Under the pieces are notes generated by a model. It made no database searches, was not told the DNA's origin, and worked only from the letters and a program-made list of their open reading frames with translations. A stretch of DNA of 20,989 nt, taken from the NCBI GenBank assembly GCA_036679645.1, contig JAZDCY010000027.1:1-20989 (forward strand). Reading direction: 5' to 3'. This document shows positions 9,064-18,426 of this stretch, piece by piece; position 1 is the stretch's first letter, and each line of letters begins with the position of its first letter. The position numbers were made by a program, and so were the translations under genes. Source of the DNA: Gemmatimonadota bacterium (GTDB lineage: Bacteria > Gemmatimonadota > Gemmatimonadetes > Gemmatimonadales > GWC2-71-9).

Positions 9064-9900
9064 ATGAGTGCACGTCCCATCTCCAAGGCCACGCTGTCAT
9101 TCGGACTCGTTTCGGTTCCGGTGCAGATGTTCTCGTCGGGCGAATCGAAGACGGCGGTCCGGTTCAACTGGATCGAGAAAGAGACCGGGGCGCGCGTGAA
9201 GCAGCAATACATCTCCACGAGTAGCGGCGACGTCGTGCCGCGCGAGGAGATGATCAAGGGATACGAGTTCGCGAAGAATCAGTTCGTGACCTTCACGCCG
9301 GAAGAGCTCAAGGCTTTGGAGCAGCAAAAGAGCGAGTCGATAGAGATCGTCGATTTCGTACCGGCGGAACAGGTCGATCGCATCTTCTACAACCGGGTCT
9401 ATTACCTCGGTCCGGACAAGGGCGGCGCCCGTGCGTACCGGCTGCTCAGCCGCGCGCTCGAGGAAACCGGATTGACTGCCGTGGCACGCTACTCGGCGCG
9501 TGGCAAGCAGTACCTCGTGCTCATCCGGTCCCAGGACAACGGACTCGCCATGGAGCAGCTGTACTACGCCGACGAGGTACGGGCGTTTTCGGACGTAGAG
9601 ATCGGCGAGGACAAGGTCAAGGACGACGAACTGAAGCTGGCCGTACAGCTCATCCAGCAGGCGGCCTCGGACACGTTCGATCCCACCAGGTACACCGACG
9701 AGGTGCGCGCTCGTATTCTCGAGCAGATCGAGAGGAAAGTGGCAGGCGAGGAGATCACGTCCGCACCGGCCGAGGAGCCGGTCACCCAGATCATCGACCT
9801 CATGGCGGCGCTCAAGCAGAGCCTCGCCAAAGGCGCCGCGTCGGACGATGCGGACACGAAAAAGGCGGTCAAGAAGAAGAACAGAGCCAAGGCCTCCTGA
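9064..9900 (+). CDS. ku: NHEJ DNA end-binding protein Ku
   Basis: LSFGLVSVPV, IKGYE, IEIVDFVP, YYLGP, YTDEVRARILEQIERK, IIDLMAALKQSL and a short basic C-tail; adjacent to ligD. Confidence 0.97.
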   Translation: MSARPISKATLSFGLVSVPVQMFSSGESKTAVRFNWIEKETGARVKQQYISTSSGDVVPREEMIKGYEFAKNQFVTFTPEELKALEQQKSESIEIVDFVPAEQVDRIFYNRVYYLGPDKGGARAYRLLSRALEETGLTAVARYSARGKQYLVLIRSQDNGLAMEQLYYADEVRAFSDVEIGEDKVKDDELKLAVQLIQQAASDTFDPTRYTDEVRARILEQIERKVAGEEITSAPAEEPVTQIIDLMAALKQSLAKGAASDDADTKKAVKKKNRAKAS

Positions 9901-9954
9901 CACTCGGCCCGCCACCGCCACACTGCGTTACCAGCACCTACATAATGGGAACGA

Positions 9955-10773
9955 ATGCCCTCGTTGATGCGTATTGGGGATATGCGGGCCGCCGGCGTCC
10001 TCGTTCTTCTCACCGCGAGCTTTGCGTCCGGCCCCTCCAGGCCCATGGCGTCGACGGCGGTTGCGTCGGCGCTGCTCCAAACACGGCCGTCGCTGTACCC
10101 ACTGGGACGCACCTTCTACTTCACGCGGGCGGCGTATACCGGATACGGATACGGACGGAGGCGTCGTGGACTCGGCAGCTGGGCGACCGACTACCCGAAG
10201 GCCGACATCCAGTTCATGATCGGCGTCACGCGACTCACCAACATCGACGCGTACGCGTTTGAGAACGCCATCGCACTCGACGACCCCGAGTTGCGTCGAT
10301 ACCCGTTGCTCTATGCCGTCGAGGTAGGACGCATGGCACTCACGGCGCCCGAGATCGAAGGGCTCCGCGCGTATCTGCTGGCGGGCGGCCAGCTAATCGT
10401 GGATGACTTCTGGGGTACGCGGGAGTGGGCCAACTTCGAGTTCAACATCCGGCGGGTCCTGCCCGAATACTCTATTGTCGAAATCCCAATGGATCATCCG
10501 TTGTTGCGCACCTTCTACAACATTGACGAGGTGGTGCAGGTCCCTAACATCTACAACGGGCGTATGGGTGGCCCCACATGGGAGCGAGACGGGTTCGTTC
10601 CTCACCTGCGCGGTATCTTCGACGAAGAGAACCGGCTGTTGGTGGCTATCAACTTTAACAGCGATCTGGGCGACGCTTGGGAATGGGCGGAGGACCCGTT
10701 CTACCCCATCGTCTACTCCAACTACGCGTATCAGATTGGCGTCAACATGATCTTGTACGGCATGAGTCGATAG
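9955..10773 (+). CDS. DUF4159 domain protein (GATase-I-like fold), probably exported
   Basis: WATDYPKAD, LRAYLLAGGQLIVDDFWG, HPLLRTFYNI, NSDLGDAWE, GVNMILYGM; hydrophobic N-terminus. Exact start uncertain. Confidence 0.88.
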   Translation: MPSLMRIGDMRAAGVLVLLTASFASGPSRPMASTAVASALLQTRPSLYPLGRTFYFTRAAYTGYGYGRRRRGLGSWATDYPKADIQFMIGVTRLTNIDAYAFENAIALDDPELRRYPLLYAVEVGRMALTAPEIEGLRAYLLAGGQLIVDDFWGTREWANFEFNIRRVLPEYSIVEIPMDHPLLRTFYNIDEVVQVPNIYNGRMGGPTWERDGFVPHLRGIFDEENRLLVAINFNSDLGDAWEWAEDPFYPIVYSNYAYQIGVNMILYGMSR

Positions 10774-10782
10774 AACCGACCG

Positions 10783-13059
10783 GTGCTCGAGACCGTGTTT
10801 GAGTTCCTCTTCAAGTATCGACCGGTCGTCTTCGAGCGGGGCGAGTTGGTGTTTGCCACGCCGTGGCCGTTTGCCTTCGTGGCCATAGCCGGCGCCTTGG
10901 CCGTGGTGGGTACCGTCGTGCTCTACGCGCGTGCGCGCACCGAGACTCGGGACAAATTCACACTCGCCGGCATGCGGTTGGCCGCAATCGCGGTCATAGT
11001 CTTCTCGCTCGCCGGCCCCGCCCTCGTCATCGCCACCGTCGTTCCCCAAGAGAACTTCATTGGAGTGCTCATCGACGACTCGGAGAGCATGCAGATCACC
11101 GACGTTGCTGGTGCTTCCCGCGGTGCACGAGCGGCGGAGATCGTCGGTGCCGACGCGCCGTTGTTGCGGGAGCTCGCCGACCGTTTCAAGGTCCGCGTGT
11201 ACCGGTTCTCCGAGATCGTCGAACGAGTGACCGATCCCGCGTCGCTGACCTTCGAGGGCCGGCGGACGGACATCGGTCAGGCACTCTCGCAGGTGCAGCG
11301 CGAACTCTCTTCCGTCCCGCTGGCCGGCCTCGTGGTGCTGAGCGACGGCGGTGAGAATACGTCGAGCCAGCTCACCGACCCGCTGCTCCAGCTCCAAGCC
11401 GCCGGAGTGCCCGTCCACACGGTGGGACTGGGCGAGCCCAGCTTCGAGCGCGACATAGAGGTTGTACGCGTCGAGACGCCACGCGCTGTCCTGACCGGAT
11501 CGATCGTCGCCGCGGAGTTGACCATCCGGTACGTGGGATTCGGTGGAGAGACCATCGAGGTGCAGGTGGAGTCGAACGGCGCGATCGTGAGCACCCGCGA
11601 GGTGCGGTTACCGCGAGACGGCAACACGATCACCGTACGCGCGCACTTCACCACGGAAGAGCACGGCCCGCAACGGTTCCGTTTCGTCATCCCTTCCCAC
11701 GATGGCGAGATGATCGACGAGAACAATGTGCGCGAAGCACTCATCGTCGTGGAGGATCGGCGGGAGAAGATTCTCTACTTCGAGGGGGAACCGCGATTCG
11801 AAGTGAAGTTCCTGCGCCGCGCGGTGGCCGACGACGAGAATGTGCACGTGGTCACATTGCAGCGCACCGCGGAGAACAAGTACCTTCGCCTCGACGTCGA
11901 GGACTCGACTGAGTTGGCGGCCGGTTTCCCTCGCACGCGCGAGGAGCTGTTCCGTTACCGCGGACTCATTCTCGGCAGCGTCGAGGCCAGTTTCTTCACG
12001 CACGACCAGCTCCAGATGATCGCCGACTTCGTCAGCGTTCGTGGCGGCGGCCTCCTGACACTCGGGGGAAGAAGGGCGTTCGCGGAGGGCGGCTACACTG
12101 AGACACCTGTCGCCGACGCGTTGCCTGTCGTGCTCGCACCCCGCCAGCGCGGAGACACGGCGCGGTTCTTCCGGGAAGTGCACGTTTCGCTCACCCCGTT
12201 CGGCCGGACACATGCCGTCACGCAACTGCGTGCCTCGCCACAGGCCTCCGAGGCACGGTGGGACTCCCTCCCTTCGCTCTCGATCCTGAACCCCATTCGC
12301 GAGGTAAAGCCGGGCGCGAGTACGCTGCTCATGGGAGAGGGTAGGGGCGGGCCCTACGTCGTCATGGCGTACCAACGGTATGGACGCGGCAAGTCGATCG
12401 CGTTCCCGGTGCAGGACTCGTGGGTCTGGCAGATGGACGCGAGCATTCCGCTCGAGGATCTCACGCACGAGAACCTGTGGCGACAGTTGCTGCGGTGGTT
12501 GGTGAGCGGCGTCGCGACCCACGTAATTGCCACTACATCGGACGACCGCGCGGAGGTCGGCCACGAGGTGGAAGTCACGGCCGAGGTATCCGATTCGGGG
12601 TATCTGCGCCTCAACGGCGCTGACGTCACGGCCACAATCATCACTCCGAGCGGCGAAGAGCGCGCCGTCCCCATGGAGTGGACGGTCGAGCGCGACGGTG
12701 AATACCGCGTGGCGTTCACGCCCGAGATGGAGGGACTCTACGAGGTGCGCGTCGCCGCGCGGCAGGGCGACGTGCCGCTTGGCGAGGCCCGGAGTTTCGT
12801 GCAGGCGGGAGACGTGCACGCGGAATTCTTTGGCGCGGAGATGCGCGAGCCACTGCTGCGGCGCATCGCGGATGAGACGGGCGGCCACTTCTACACACCG
12901 GAAACGGTCTCCACGCTCCCAGAGGACGTGAGCTTTACTGAAAGCGGAGCCACGGTCTACGAGCAACGCGATCTGTGGGATATGCCTTTCCTACTGTTTC
13001 TGCTCGTCGGACTGCTAGGTGGTGAATGGGTCTACCGCCGCGCCAGGGGGCTACCGTGA
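10783..13059 (+). CDS. Membrane protein with vWA (MIDAS), Ig-like and GATase1-like domains
   Basis: Two N-terminal TM helices; LIDDSESM (DxSxS), TDIGQAL, LSDGGEN; DFVSVRGGGLLTLGG; RYGRGKS; C-terminal TM followed by EWVYRRARGLP. GTG start. Confidence 0.88.
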   Translation: MLETVFEFLFKYRPVVFERGELVFATPWPFAFVAIAGALAVVGTVVLYARARTETRDKFTLAGMRLAAIAVIVFSLAGPALVIATVVPQENFIGVLIDDSESMQITDVAGASRGARAAEIVGADAPLLRELADRFKVRVYRFSEIVERVTDPASLTFEGRRTDIGQALSQVQRELSSVPLAGLVVLSDGGENTSSQLTDPLLQLQAAGVPVHTVGLGEPSFERDIEVVRVETPRAVLTGSIVAAELTIRYVGFGGETIEVQVESNGAIVSTREVRLPRDGNTITVRAHFTTEEHGPQRFRFVIPSHDGEMIDENNVREALIVVEDRREKILYFEGEPRFEVKFLRRAVADDENVHVVTLQRTAENKYLRLDVEDSTELAAGFPRTREELFRYRGLILGSVEASFFTHDQLQMIADFVSVRGGGLLTLGGRRAFAEGGYTETPVADALPVVLAPRQRGDTARFFREVHVSLTPFGRTHAVTQLRASPQASEARWDSLPSLSILNPIREVKPGASTLLMGEGRGGPYVVMAYQRYGRGKSIAFPVQDSWVWQMDASIPLEDLTHENLWRQLLRWLVSGVATHVIATTSDDRAEVGHEVEVTAEVSDSGYLRLNGADVTATIITPSGEERAVPMEWTVERDGEYRVAFTPEMEGLYEVRVAARQGDVPLGEARSFVQAGDVHAEFFGAEMREPLLRRIADETGGHFYTPETVSTLPEDVSFTESGATVYEQRDLWDMPFLLFLLVGLLGGEWVYRRARGLP

Positions 13060-14030
13060 GGGCGTTAGCCATGGGAACGGCCCTGGCACTCCTGCCAACC
13101 ACGGCGGTTGCACAGACCTATCTCGTGCTGATTACCGGATTGGGAGGAGAGCCGCGGTTCTGCGCGAGGTTCCACGAGACCGCGGTCACGCTCGCCGATG
13201 CCGCCGTTGCCCGGCACGGGGTGCACCGCGACCGCGTGACCTACCTGGGCGCCCGACCGGCACTGGACCCGGCGCGGATTACCGCCCGCTCCACCAAAGA
13301 CACGATCGTGATGACGCTCGGCGACCTGGCGGAGCGGGCCGAATCCGGCGCCGCTGTCGTCATCGTCCTCATTGGTCACGGGAGCCAATCTGGCGGCCCA
13401 CCCAAGTTCAACATCCCGGGCCCGGACCTCACCGCTCCGGAGTTTGCCGCACTGCTCGACCGGTTTCCCACCCAGCGTGTCGTCGTCGTCAACACGACGA
13501 GCGCGAGCGGTGGCTGGATTCGGTCACTGTCAGCTCCGAACCGGACAATCGTGACCGCAACACGATCCGGGATCGAGCGGCACGAGTCGTACTTCGGGAC
13601 ACACTTCGCGGCGGCCTTTGTGAGCGACGACGCCGATACGGACCAGAACGGTCGTACCTCGATCCTCGAGGCCTTCGAGTATGCCCGCCGCGAAGTTCGG
13701 CGGATCTACGAGTCCGACAACCGTCTCCTGACCGAGCATGCACTCATCGATGATAACGGAGACGGTGAGGGAAGCCTCGAGCCAAACGTCACCACCGGCG
13801 ACGGGGCGTTGGCGGCCCGTCTCTTCCTCGACGACGTGAGTGCGGCGGCAAGCGGCGACCCGGTCATCATCGCACTCGAGCAGCAACGCGACTCGCTCGC
13901 GCTGGAAGTGGAGGCATTGCGGGCGCGTCGTTCGGCGATGGATCAGACCATCTACGATTCTGCGATGGAGAGCCTGCTATTGCAAGTCGCGCGGGTGGGC
14001 CACGCACTCCGGGAACGCGGCGAGCGATGA
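13056..14030 (+). CDS. Exported caspase/legumain (clan CD)-fold protein with C-terminal coiled coil
   Basis: GTG at 13056 overlaps upstream TGA; signal peptide ending AVA|QT; LVLITGLGG, VLIGHGS (His-Gly), NTTSASGG, IVTAT, DTDQNGRTSILEAFEYA. Confidence 0.7.
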   Translation: MRALAMGTALALLPTTAVAQTYLVLITGLGGEPRFCARFHETAVTLADAAVARHGVHRDRVTYLGARPALDPARITARSTKDTIVMTLGDLAERAESGAAVVIVLIGHGSQSGGPPKFNIPGPDLTAPEFAALLDRFPTQRVVVVNTTSASGGWIRSLSAPNRTIVTATRSGIERHESYFGTHFAAAFVSDDADTDQNGRTSILEAFEYARREVRRIYESDNRLLTEHALIDDNGDGEGSLEPNVTTGDGALAARLFLDDVSAAASGDPVIIALEQQRDSLALEVEALRARRSAMDQTIYDSAMESLLLQVARVGHALRERGER

Positions 14031-16522
14031 GGCATTTCGTCTCGACGTCGGCAATCGCTACCGCCCTCGTGACGTTGATGGGAGGGGCGTACGCTCAGAC
14101 CGCGACGACGCGCGTTTCCGCGCTGCGTGAGCGGGGCGACTACGATGAGGCCATCACACTAGCACGGCAGGAACATCTCGCCAACGCTCTTGGCGAACTG
14201 CTGGTGCTGCGCGGACGCCTCACGGAGGCGGCAGACGCCTTTCACACCGCCCTCGCGGGCGCGAGTGCCGACAGCCTGACCGCTCGACTGAACCTCGCTC
14301 TCCTGCAGCAGCGACGCGGCGAACAGGACTCGGCACGTAGCGCCTTTGAGCGGTTCATCGACGTGTACAACGGCGTCAGACGACTCACGTCGAAGGAACT
14401 CGAGGCGGTTGGCACCGCGGTCCAGCGGTTGAGTGTTTATGACCCCGCGCTCGCACACGACGCGCTGCGTGCGTACGACGAGGCCATCGCCGCCGACCCA
14501 GACAACTCGAGTGCGCGACTGCGGGTGGGACAGTTGTTTCTTGACCGGTACAACGGCACCGAGGCACGCGCCGCCTTCCAGGGCATCCTCACGCGGGTAC
14601 CCAAACACCCCCAGGCGCTACTCGGGATGGCCCGGACCGTGCGCTTCGAGGGGTCACGCCGCGCAACCGACCTCGCGCGCCAAGCGCTCGACGAGAACCC
14701 GAGCCTCGTCGCGGCGCGTGTGTTTCTCGCCGAACTCTACATGGAGGTCAACGAGTACGATCACGCGGAGCGCGAGCTGGACGACGCGCTCGCCGTCAAC
14801 CCGGCCGCGTTGAACGTGCTGGCCATGCAAGCAGCACTTGCGTTTCTGCGCGGAGATGACCGGCGGTTCCAAGACCTGGAACACGACGTGCTCGCGCGGA
14901 ATCCCGCGTACGCGGACCTCTACACCACCCTCGCCAACGCGAGCGCCCGCAACCGCCGCTACCGCGAGGCCGCAGGGTTTGCCCGCCGGGCGACGACCCT
15001 GGATGGAAACTCGTGGCGTGGGTTCGCGCTACTCGGGATCAATCAACTGCGGCTCGGCTCGATGGATTCCGGACGCGCCAATCTCGAACGCGCCTTTGCG
15101 GGCGACCCGTTCGACGTGTGGACTAAGAACACGCTCGACCTGCTCGACACGCTGGACGCGTATCCGACACACGCATCGGCCCGTTTTCGCTTCTATGTGG
15201 ACGGCGAGGAGTCCGAATTGCTGGCCCTGTACCTCGGTGAGATCGCGGAGGCGGCGTACGACAGTCTCGTGATCCGCTATGCGTACGCACCAGCCACCCC
15301 CATTCGCATCGAGGTATTCCCGTCGCACGCCGATTTCTCGGTGCGGACGGTCGGCCTCGTCGGGCTTGGCGCTTTGGGCGTGAGCTTCGGTCCGGTGATC
15401 GCCATGGACTCTCCCTCGGCGCGAGAGCCGGGGGCCTTCAACTGGGGCTCTACCCTGTGGCATGAGATCGCCCACACGTTTCATCTGGGTGCGACCGACA
15501 ACCGCGTGCCGCGCTGGCTAACCGAGGGGCTTGCCGTTTACGAAGAGCGGCGCGCGCGACCTGGTTGGGGCGACGACGCCAGTCCCGCGTTCCTCGCAGC
15601 TTTCAAGCAGGGCCGCTTGCTCTCGGTGGGCGATCTCAACGACGGGTTTCTACGGCCCGCGTTTCCGGAACAGTTGATCTTCTCGTACTACGAGGGCTCG
15701 TTGATCTCCGAGTATATCGAGGAGACCTTCGGCATCACCGCACTCCGAGGAATGCTCGAGGGCTATCGCGACGGTCTCACCACGCCGGACGTATTCACCC
15801 GTGTTCTGGATCGGAACCTCGACGGGTTCGATCGGGAGTACACGCGGTGGTTCCGCGAGCGGTTCGCGGGTCCGCTGGCGGCGGTGTTGCCTCAGGACTC
15901 GGCCGGGCACTCACCTGCGCGCATTGCGCAGCGAGCACGACGCGATCACGGCGATTTTTTCGCGCAGCTCATGTATGGGCAGATCCTCGTCCGCGCCGGG
16001 CAGGACGACGAGGCCATCCCGTACCTCGAGCGCGCAAAAGCATTGTTCCCAAGCCACGCCGATAGGGAAAGCGCCTACGCGCTATTGGCTCGCATCTATG
16101 AAGCGCGTGGCGACCATCAACGGGCAGCCGCCGAACTGGCACGTCTCACGTACATCAACGAGCGCGCCTACACCGCGCTAGTGAGGCTCGCCGACCTCCG
16201 GCTCACGATGGGCGACAGCGTCGGTGCTGCGGGTGCGTTGCAGCGCGCGATGTACGTGTATCCGTACGATCTGGATATGCACCGTCGCCTCGCCACGCTG
16301 GCCGAATCGGTTGGTCGGCCGACAGTGGCCGTGCGTGAGCGCCTGGCGGTGCTCGCGTTGCGACCGGTCAACGTCGCGGACGCCTGGTATCGACTCGCTC
16401 GCGCACATCTGTTCGCGGGAGATGGCGACGAAGCCCGTCGAGCAGTATTGCGGGCCCTCGAGATCGCACCCGGCTTTGCGGCGGCTCAGGAGCTACTGTT
16501 GGAGCTACATGAGCGTCAATAG
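14027..16522 (+). CDS. Exported TPR-repeat protein with central gluzincin (peptidase MA-like) domain
   Basis: Signal peptide ending AYA|QT; TPR-like helices on both sides; TLWHEIAHTFH (HExxH) and PRWLTEGLAVYEE (third Zn ligand). ATGA overlap with upstream gene. Confidence 0.88.
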   Translation: MRHFVSTSAIATALVTLMGGAYAQTATTRVSALRERGDYDEAITLARQEHLANALGELLVLRGRLTEAADAFHTALAGASADSLTARLNLALLQQRRGEQDSARSAFERFIDVYNGVRRLTSKELEAVGTAVQRLSVYDPALAHDALRAYDEAIAADPDNSSARLRVGQLFLDRYNGTEARAAFQGILTRVPKHPQALLGMARTVRFEGSRRATDLARQALDENPSLVAARVFLAELYMEVNEYDHAERELDDALAVNPAALNVLAMQAALAFLRGDDRRFQDLEHDVLARNPAYADLYTTLANASARNRRYREAAGFARRATTLDGNSWRGFALLGINQLRLGSMDSGRANLERAFAGDPFDVWTKNTLDLLDTLDAYPTHASARFRFYVDGEESELLALYLGEIAEAAYDSLVIRYAYAPATPIRIEVFPSHADFSVRTVGLVGLGALGVSFGPVIAMDSPSAREPGAFNWGSTLWHEIAHTFHLGATDNRVPRWLTEGLAVYEERRARPGWGDDASPAFLAAFKQGRLLSVGDLNDGFLRPAFPEQLIFSYYEGSLISEYIEETFGITALRGMLEGYRDGLTTPDVFTRVLDRNLDGFDREYTRWFRERFAGPLAAVLPQDSAGHSPARIAQRARRDHGDFFAQLMYGQILVRAGQDDEAIPYLERAKALFPSHADRESAYALLARIYEARGDHQRAAAELARLTYINERAYTALVRLADLRLTMGDSVGAAGALQRAMYVYPYDLDMHRRLATLAESVGRPTVAVRERLAVLALRPVNVADAWYRLARAHLFAGDGDEARRAVLRALEIAPGFAAAQELLLELHERQ

Positions 16523-17384
16523 ACGGTACGGTGCGCACCTGGGCAGTCCTGCCCGGAGCACGATCTGCGATCTGCAATCTGCAGTCTGCAATCTGCAATC
16601 GATTCTGTGGACGGTTGTCGCCATCCTAGCGGCCGTGCCCCTACACGCCCAGGAGAGGCGCGGAGGGTTCCGGATTCTGCCTGGGAAGTCCGGTCCCGAT
16701 TTCTCGATGAACAACGTTTCCTACGACGGGCGCCTCACCTGGGTCCGTCTGCGATTCACGCCGAGTCGGACGGGGTATGGTGGGGGCGGCGGCTACTTCG
16801 GCGGGATCAACTATCAATGGGACCACGACTACCCGCGGGCTGACGGACAGATCGTCACGCTGCTTGACGAACTTACGTCTCTAGGGGCGAACCTGGACGG
16901 CACCAATATCTTCGCGGTTACTGACGATGATCTATCGCGGTTTCCCATTGCGTATCTCGCTGAGCCCGGGTGGTGGACACAAACCGAGGAAGAGGTCGTC
17001 GCGCTGCGGAACTATCTCCTGAAAGGCGGGTTTCTCATTGTCGATGATTTCGCGGCGAACCAGATCTGGACCTTCCGGGAGCAGATCCGTCGGGTCATTC
17101 CCAACGCTCGATTCGTCGAGCTGGACGGGCACGAGGATATCTTCCACTCGTTCTTCGAGATCGAGTCACTGGACTACAATCATCCTTACTACGGGTACAA
17201 GTCGGTCTTCTACGGCATATTCGAGGACAACGATCCCAACAAGCGGCTAATGGTCATCGTCAACTACAACAACGACATTGGAGAGTATTGGGAGTGGTCG
17301 AATATGGGCCTCATACCCGTCGACCTCAGCAACGAAGGTTTCAAGCTTGGCATCAATTACATCGTCTACGCAATGACCCACTGA
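16509..17384 (+). CDS. Second DUF4159 domain protein, exported
   Basis: ATG 16509 with GGAG upstream; signal h/c-region ILWTVVAILAAVPLHA|QE; WDHDYPRAD, LRNYLLKGGFLIVDDF, IFHSFFEI, NNDIGEYWE, GINYIVYAMTH. Confidence 0.88.
   Translation: MSVNRRYGAHLGSPARSTICDLQSAVCNLQSILWTVVAILAAVPLHAQERRGGFRILPGKSGPDFSMNNVSYDGRLTWVRLRFTPSRTGYGGGGGYFGGINYQWDHDYPRADGQIVTLLDELTSLGANLDGTNIFAVTDDDLSRFPIAYLAEPGWWTQTEEEVVALRNYLLKGGFLIVDDFAANQIWTFREQIRRVIPNARFVELDGHEDIFHSFFEIESLDYNHPYYGYKSVFYGIFEDNDPNKRLMVIVNYNNDIGEYWEWSNMGLIPVDLSNEGFKLGINYIVYAMTH
16562..16600 (+). repeat. Tandem heptamer array (consensus AATCTGC) x5.5 inside the signal-peptide n-region
   Basis: gatctgc gatctgc aatctgc agtctgc aatctgc aatc, translated as ICDLQSAVCNLQS. 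Confidence 0.9.
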
Positions 17385-17394
17385 CGGATACCTC

Positions 17395-18426
17395 ATGACG
17401 ACTACCACACCCGACGTACTGGAACGGGCCGACGACATTGCCCTTGCCGACAAACTCAAGGATGCGCGCGAGCGCATTCTCGCGGAACTGCACAAACTCA
17501 TCGTCGGCCAAGACGATGTGATTGAGCAGGTCCTCTTGTCGCTCTTCGTGGGCGGGAATAGCCTCATCGTGGGCGTGCCCGGCCTTGCCAAGACCCTGCT
17601 GATCCAGACTATCGCGCGCGCAATAGACCTCAAGTTCTCACGTATACAGTTCACGCCCGATCTGATGCCGTCGGACATCACGGGAACGGACCTGGTTCAG
17701 GAGGATCCCACAACGGGCGAGCGCAAATTCATCTTCGTCCCGGGGCCTGTCTTCGGCAACATCATCCTCGCCGACGAGATCAACCGGACACCACCCAAGA
17801 CACAGGCGGCGCTGCTCGAGGCCATGCAGGAGCATCGCGTCACCGTACAGGGTCGTACCTATGATCTCGAGGAACCATTCTTCGTCTTCGCAACCCAGAA
17901 TCCGATTGAACTGGAGGGCACCTACCCGCTGCCCGAAGCGCAACTCGATAGATTCATGTTCAACATCATCATCGAGTACTCTAGCGAAGACGAAGAACTC
18001 GAGATCGTGCGCAGTACGACGAGCACTCCCGACTACTCGTTTACCGCCGCGGTCACGGGCAAGGATATCGTCGCCTTTCAGCAATTGGTGCGCCGCGTTC
18101 CGGTCTCCGACCCGGTTCTTCGCTACGCCGTCTCACTCGTCCGCGCAAGCCGGCCCCGCCAGGACGGAGCCCCTGAGTTCGTAGAGAAGTGGCTCTCGTA
18201 CGGTGCCAGCGTGCGCGCCGCACAATACCTCATCCACGGCGCGAAGGCGCGCGCGCTCGTCTTAGGCCGCTACCACCTGAAATTCGAGGATATCCAGGCG
18301 CTCGCCCATCCGGTTCTGCGCCACCGTCTCCTGAAGAACTTCCACGCAGAGTCCGAGGGGATCACCTCGGATGAATTGATCGACAAACTCGTAGAAGCGG
18401 TGCCCGTACCGGCGTCGGGCATGTGA
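17395..18426 (+). CDS. moxR: MoxR family AAA+ ATPase
   Basis: Walker A GVPGLAKT, RIQFTPDLMPSDITG, Walker B ILADEINRTPPKTQAALLEAMQE, ATQNPIELEGTYPLPEAQLDRF, VLRHRL. Confidence 0.97.
   Translation: MTTTTPDVLERADDIALADKLKDARERILAELHKLIVGQDDVIEQVLLSLFVGGNSLIVGVPGLAKTLLIQTIARAIDLKFSRIQFTPDLMPSDITGTDLVQEDPTTGERKFIFVPGPVFGNIILADEINRTPPKTQAALLEAMQEHRVTVQGRTYDLEEPFFVFATQNPIELEGTYPLPEAQLDRFMFNIIIEYSSEDEELEIVRSTTSTPDYSFTAAVTGKDIVAFQQLVRRVPVSDPVLRYAVSLVRASRPRQDGAPEFVEKWLSYGASVRAAQYLIHGAKARALVLGRYHLKFEDIQALAHPVLRHRLLKNFHAESEGITSDELIDKLVEAVPVPASGM

Noticed and set aside
16224..16508. Upstream extension of the second DUF4159 ORF
   Set aside because: Lies within the TPR-peptidase gene; ATG 16509 with GGAG is a better start.
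231..16600. Short repeat arrays as CRISPR arrays
   Set aside because: Units are 7-8 nt, contiguous, without unique spacers; no cas genes in the window.
17572..17595. Walker A GVPGLAKT lacking the canonical GKT glycine
   Set aside because: AKT is a common variant in MoxR proteins and is not evidence of inactivation.
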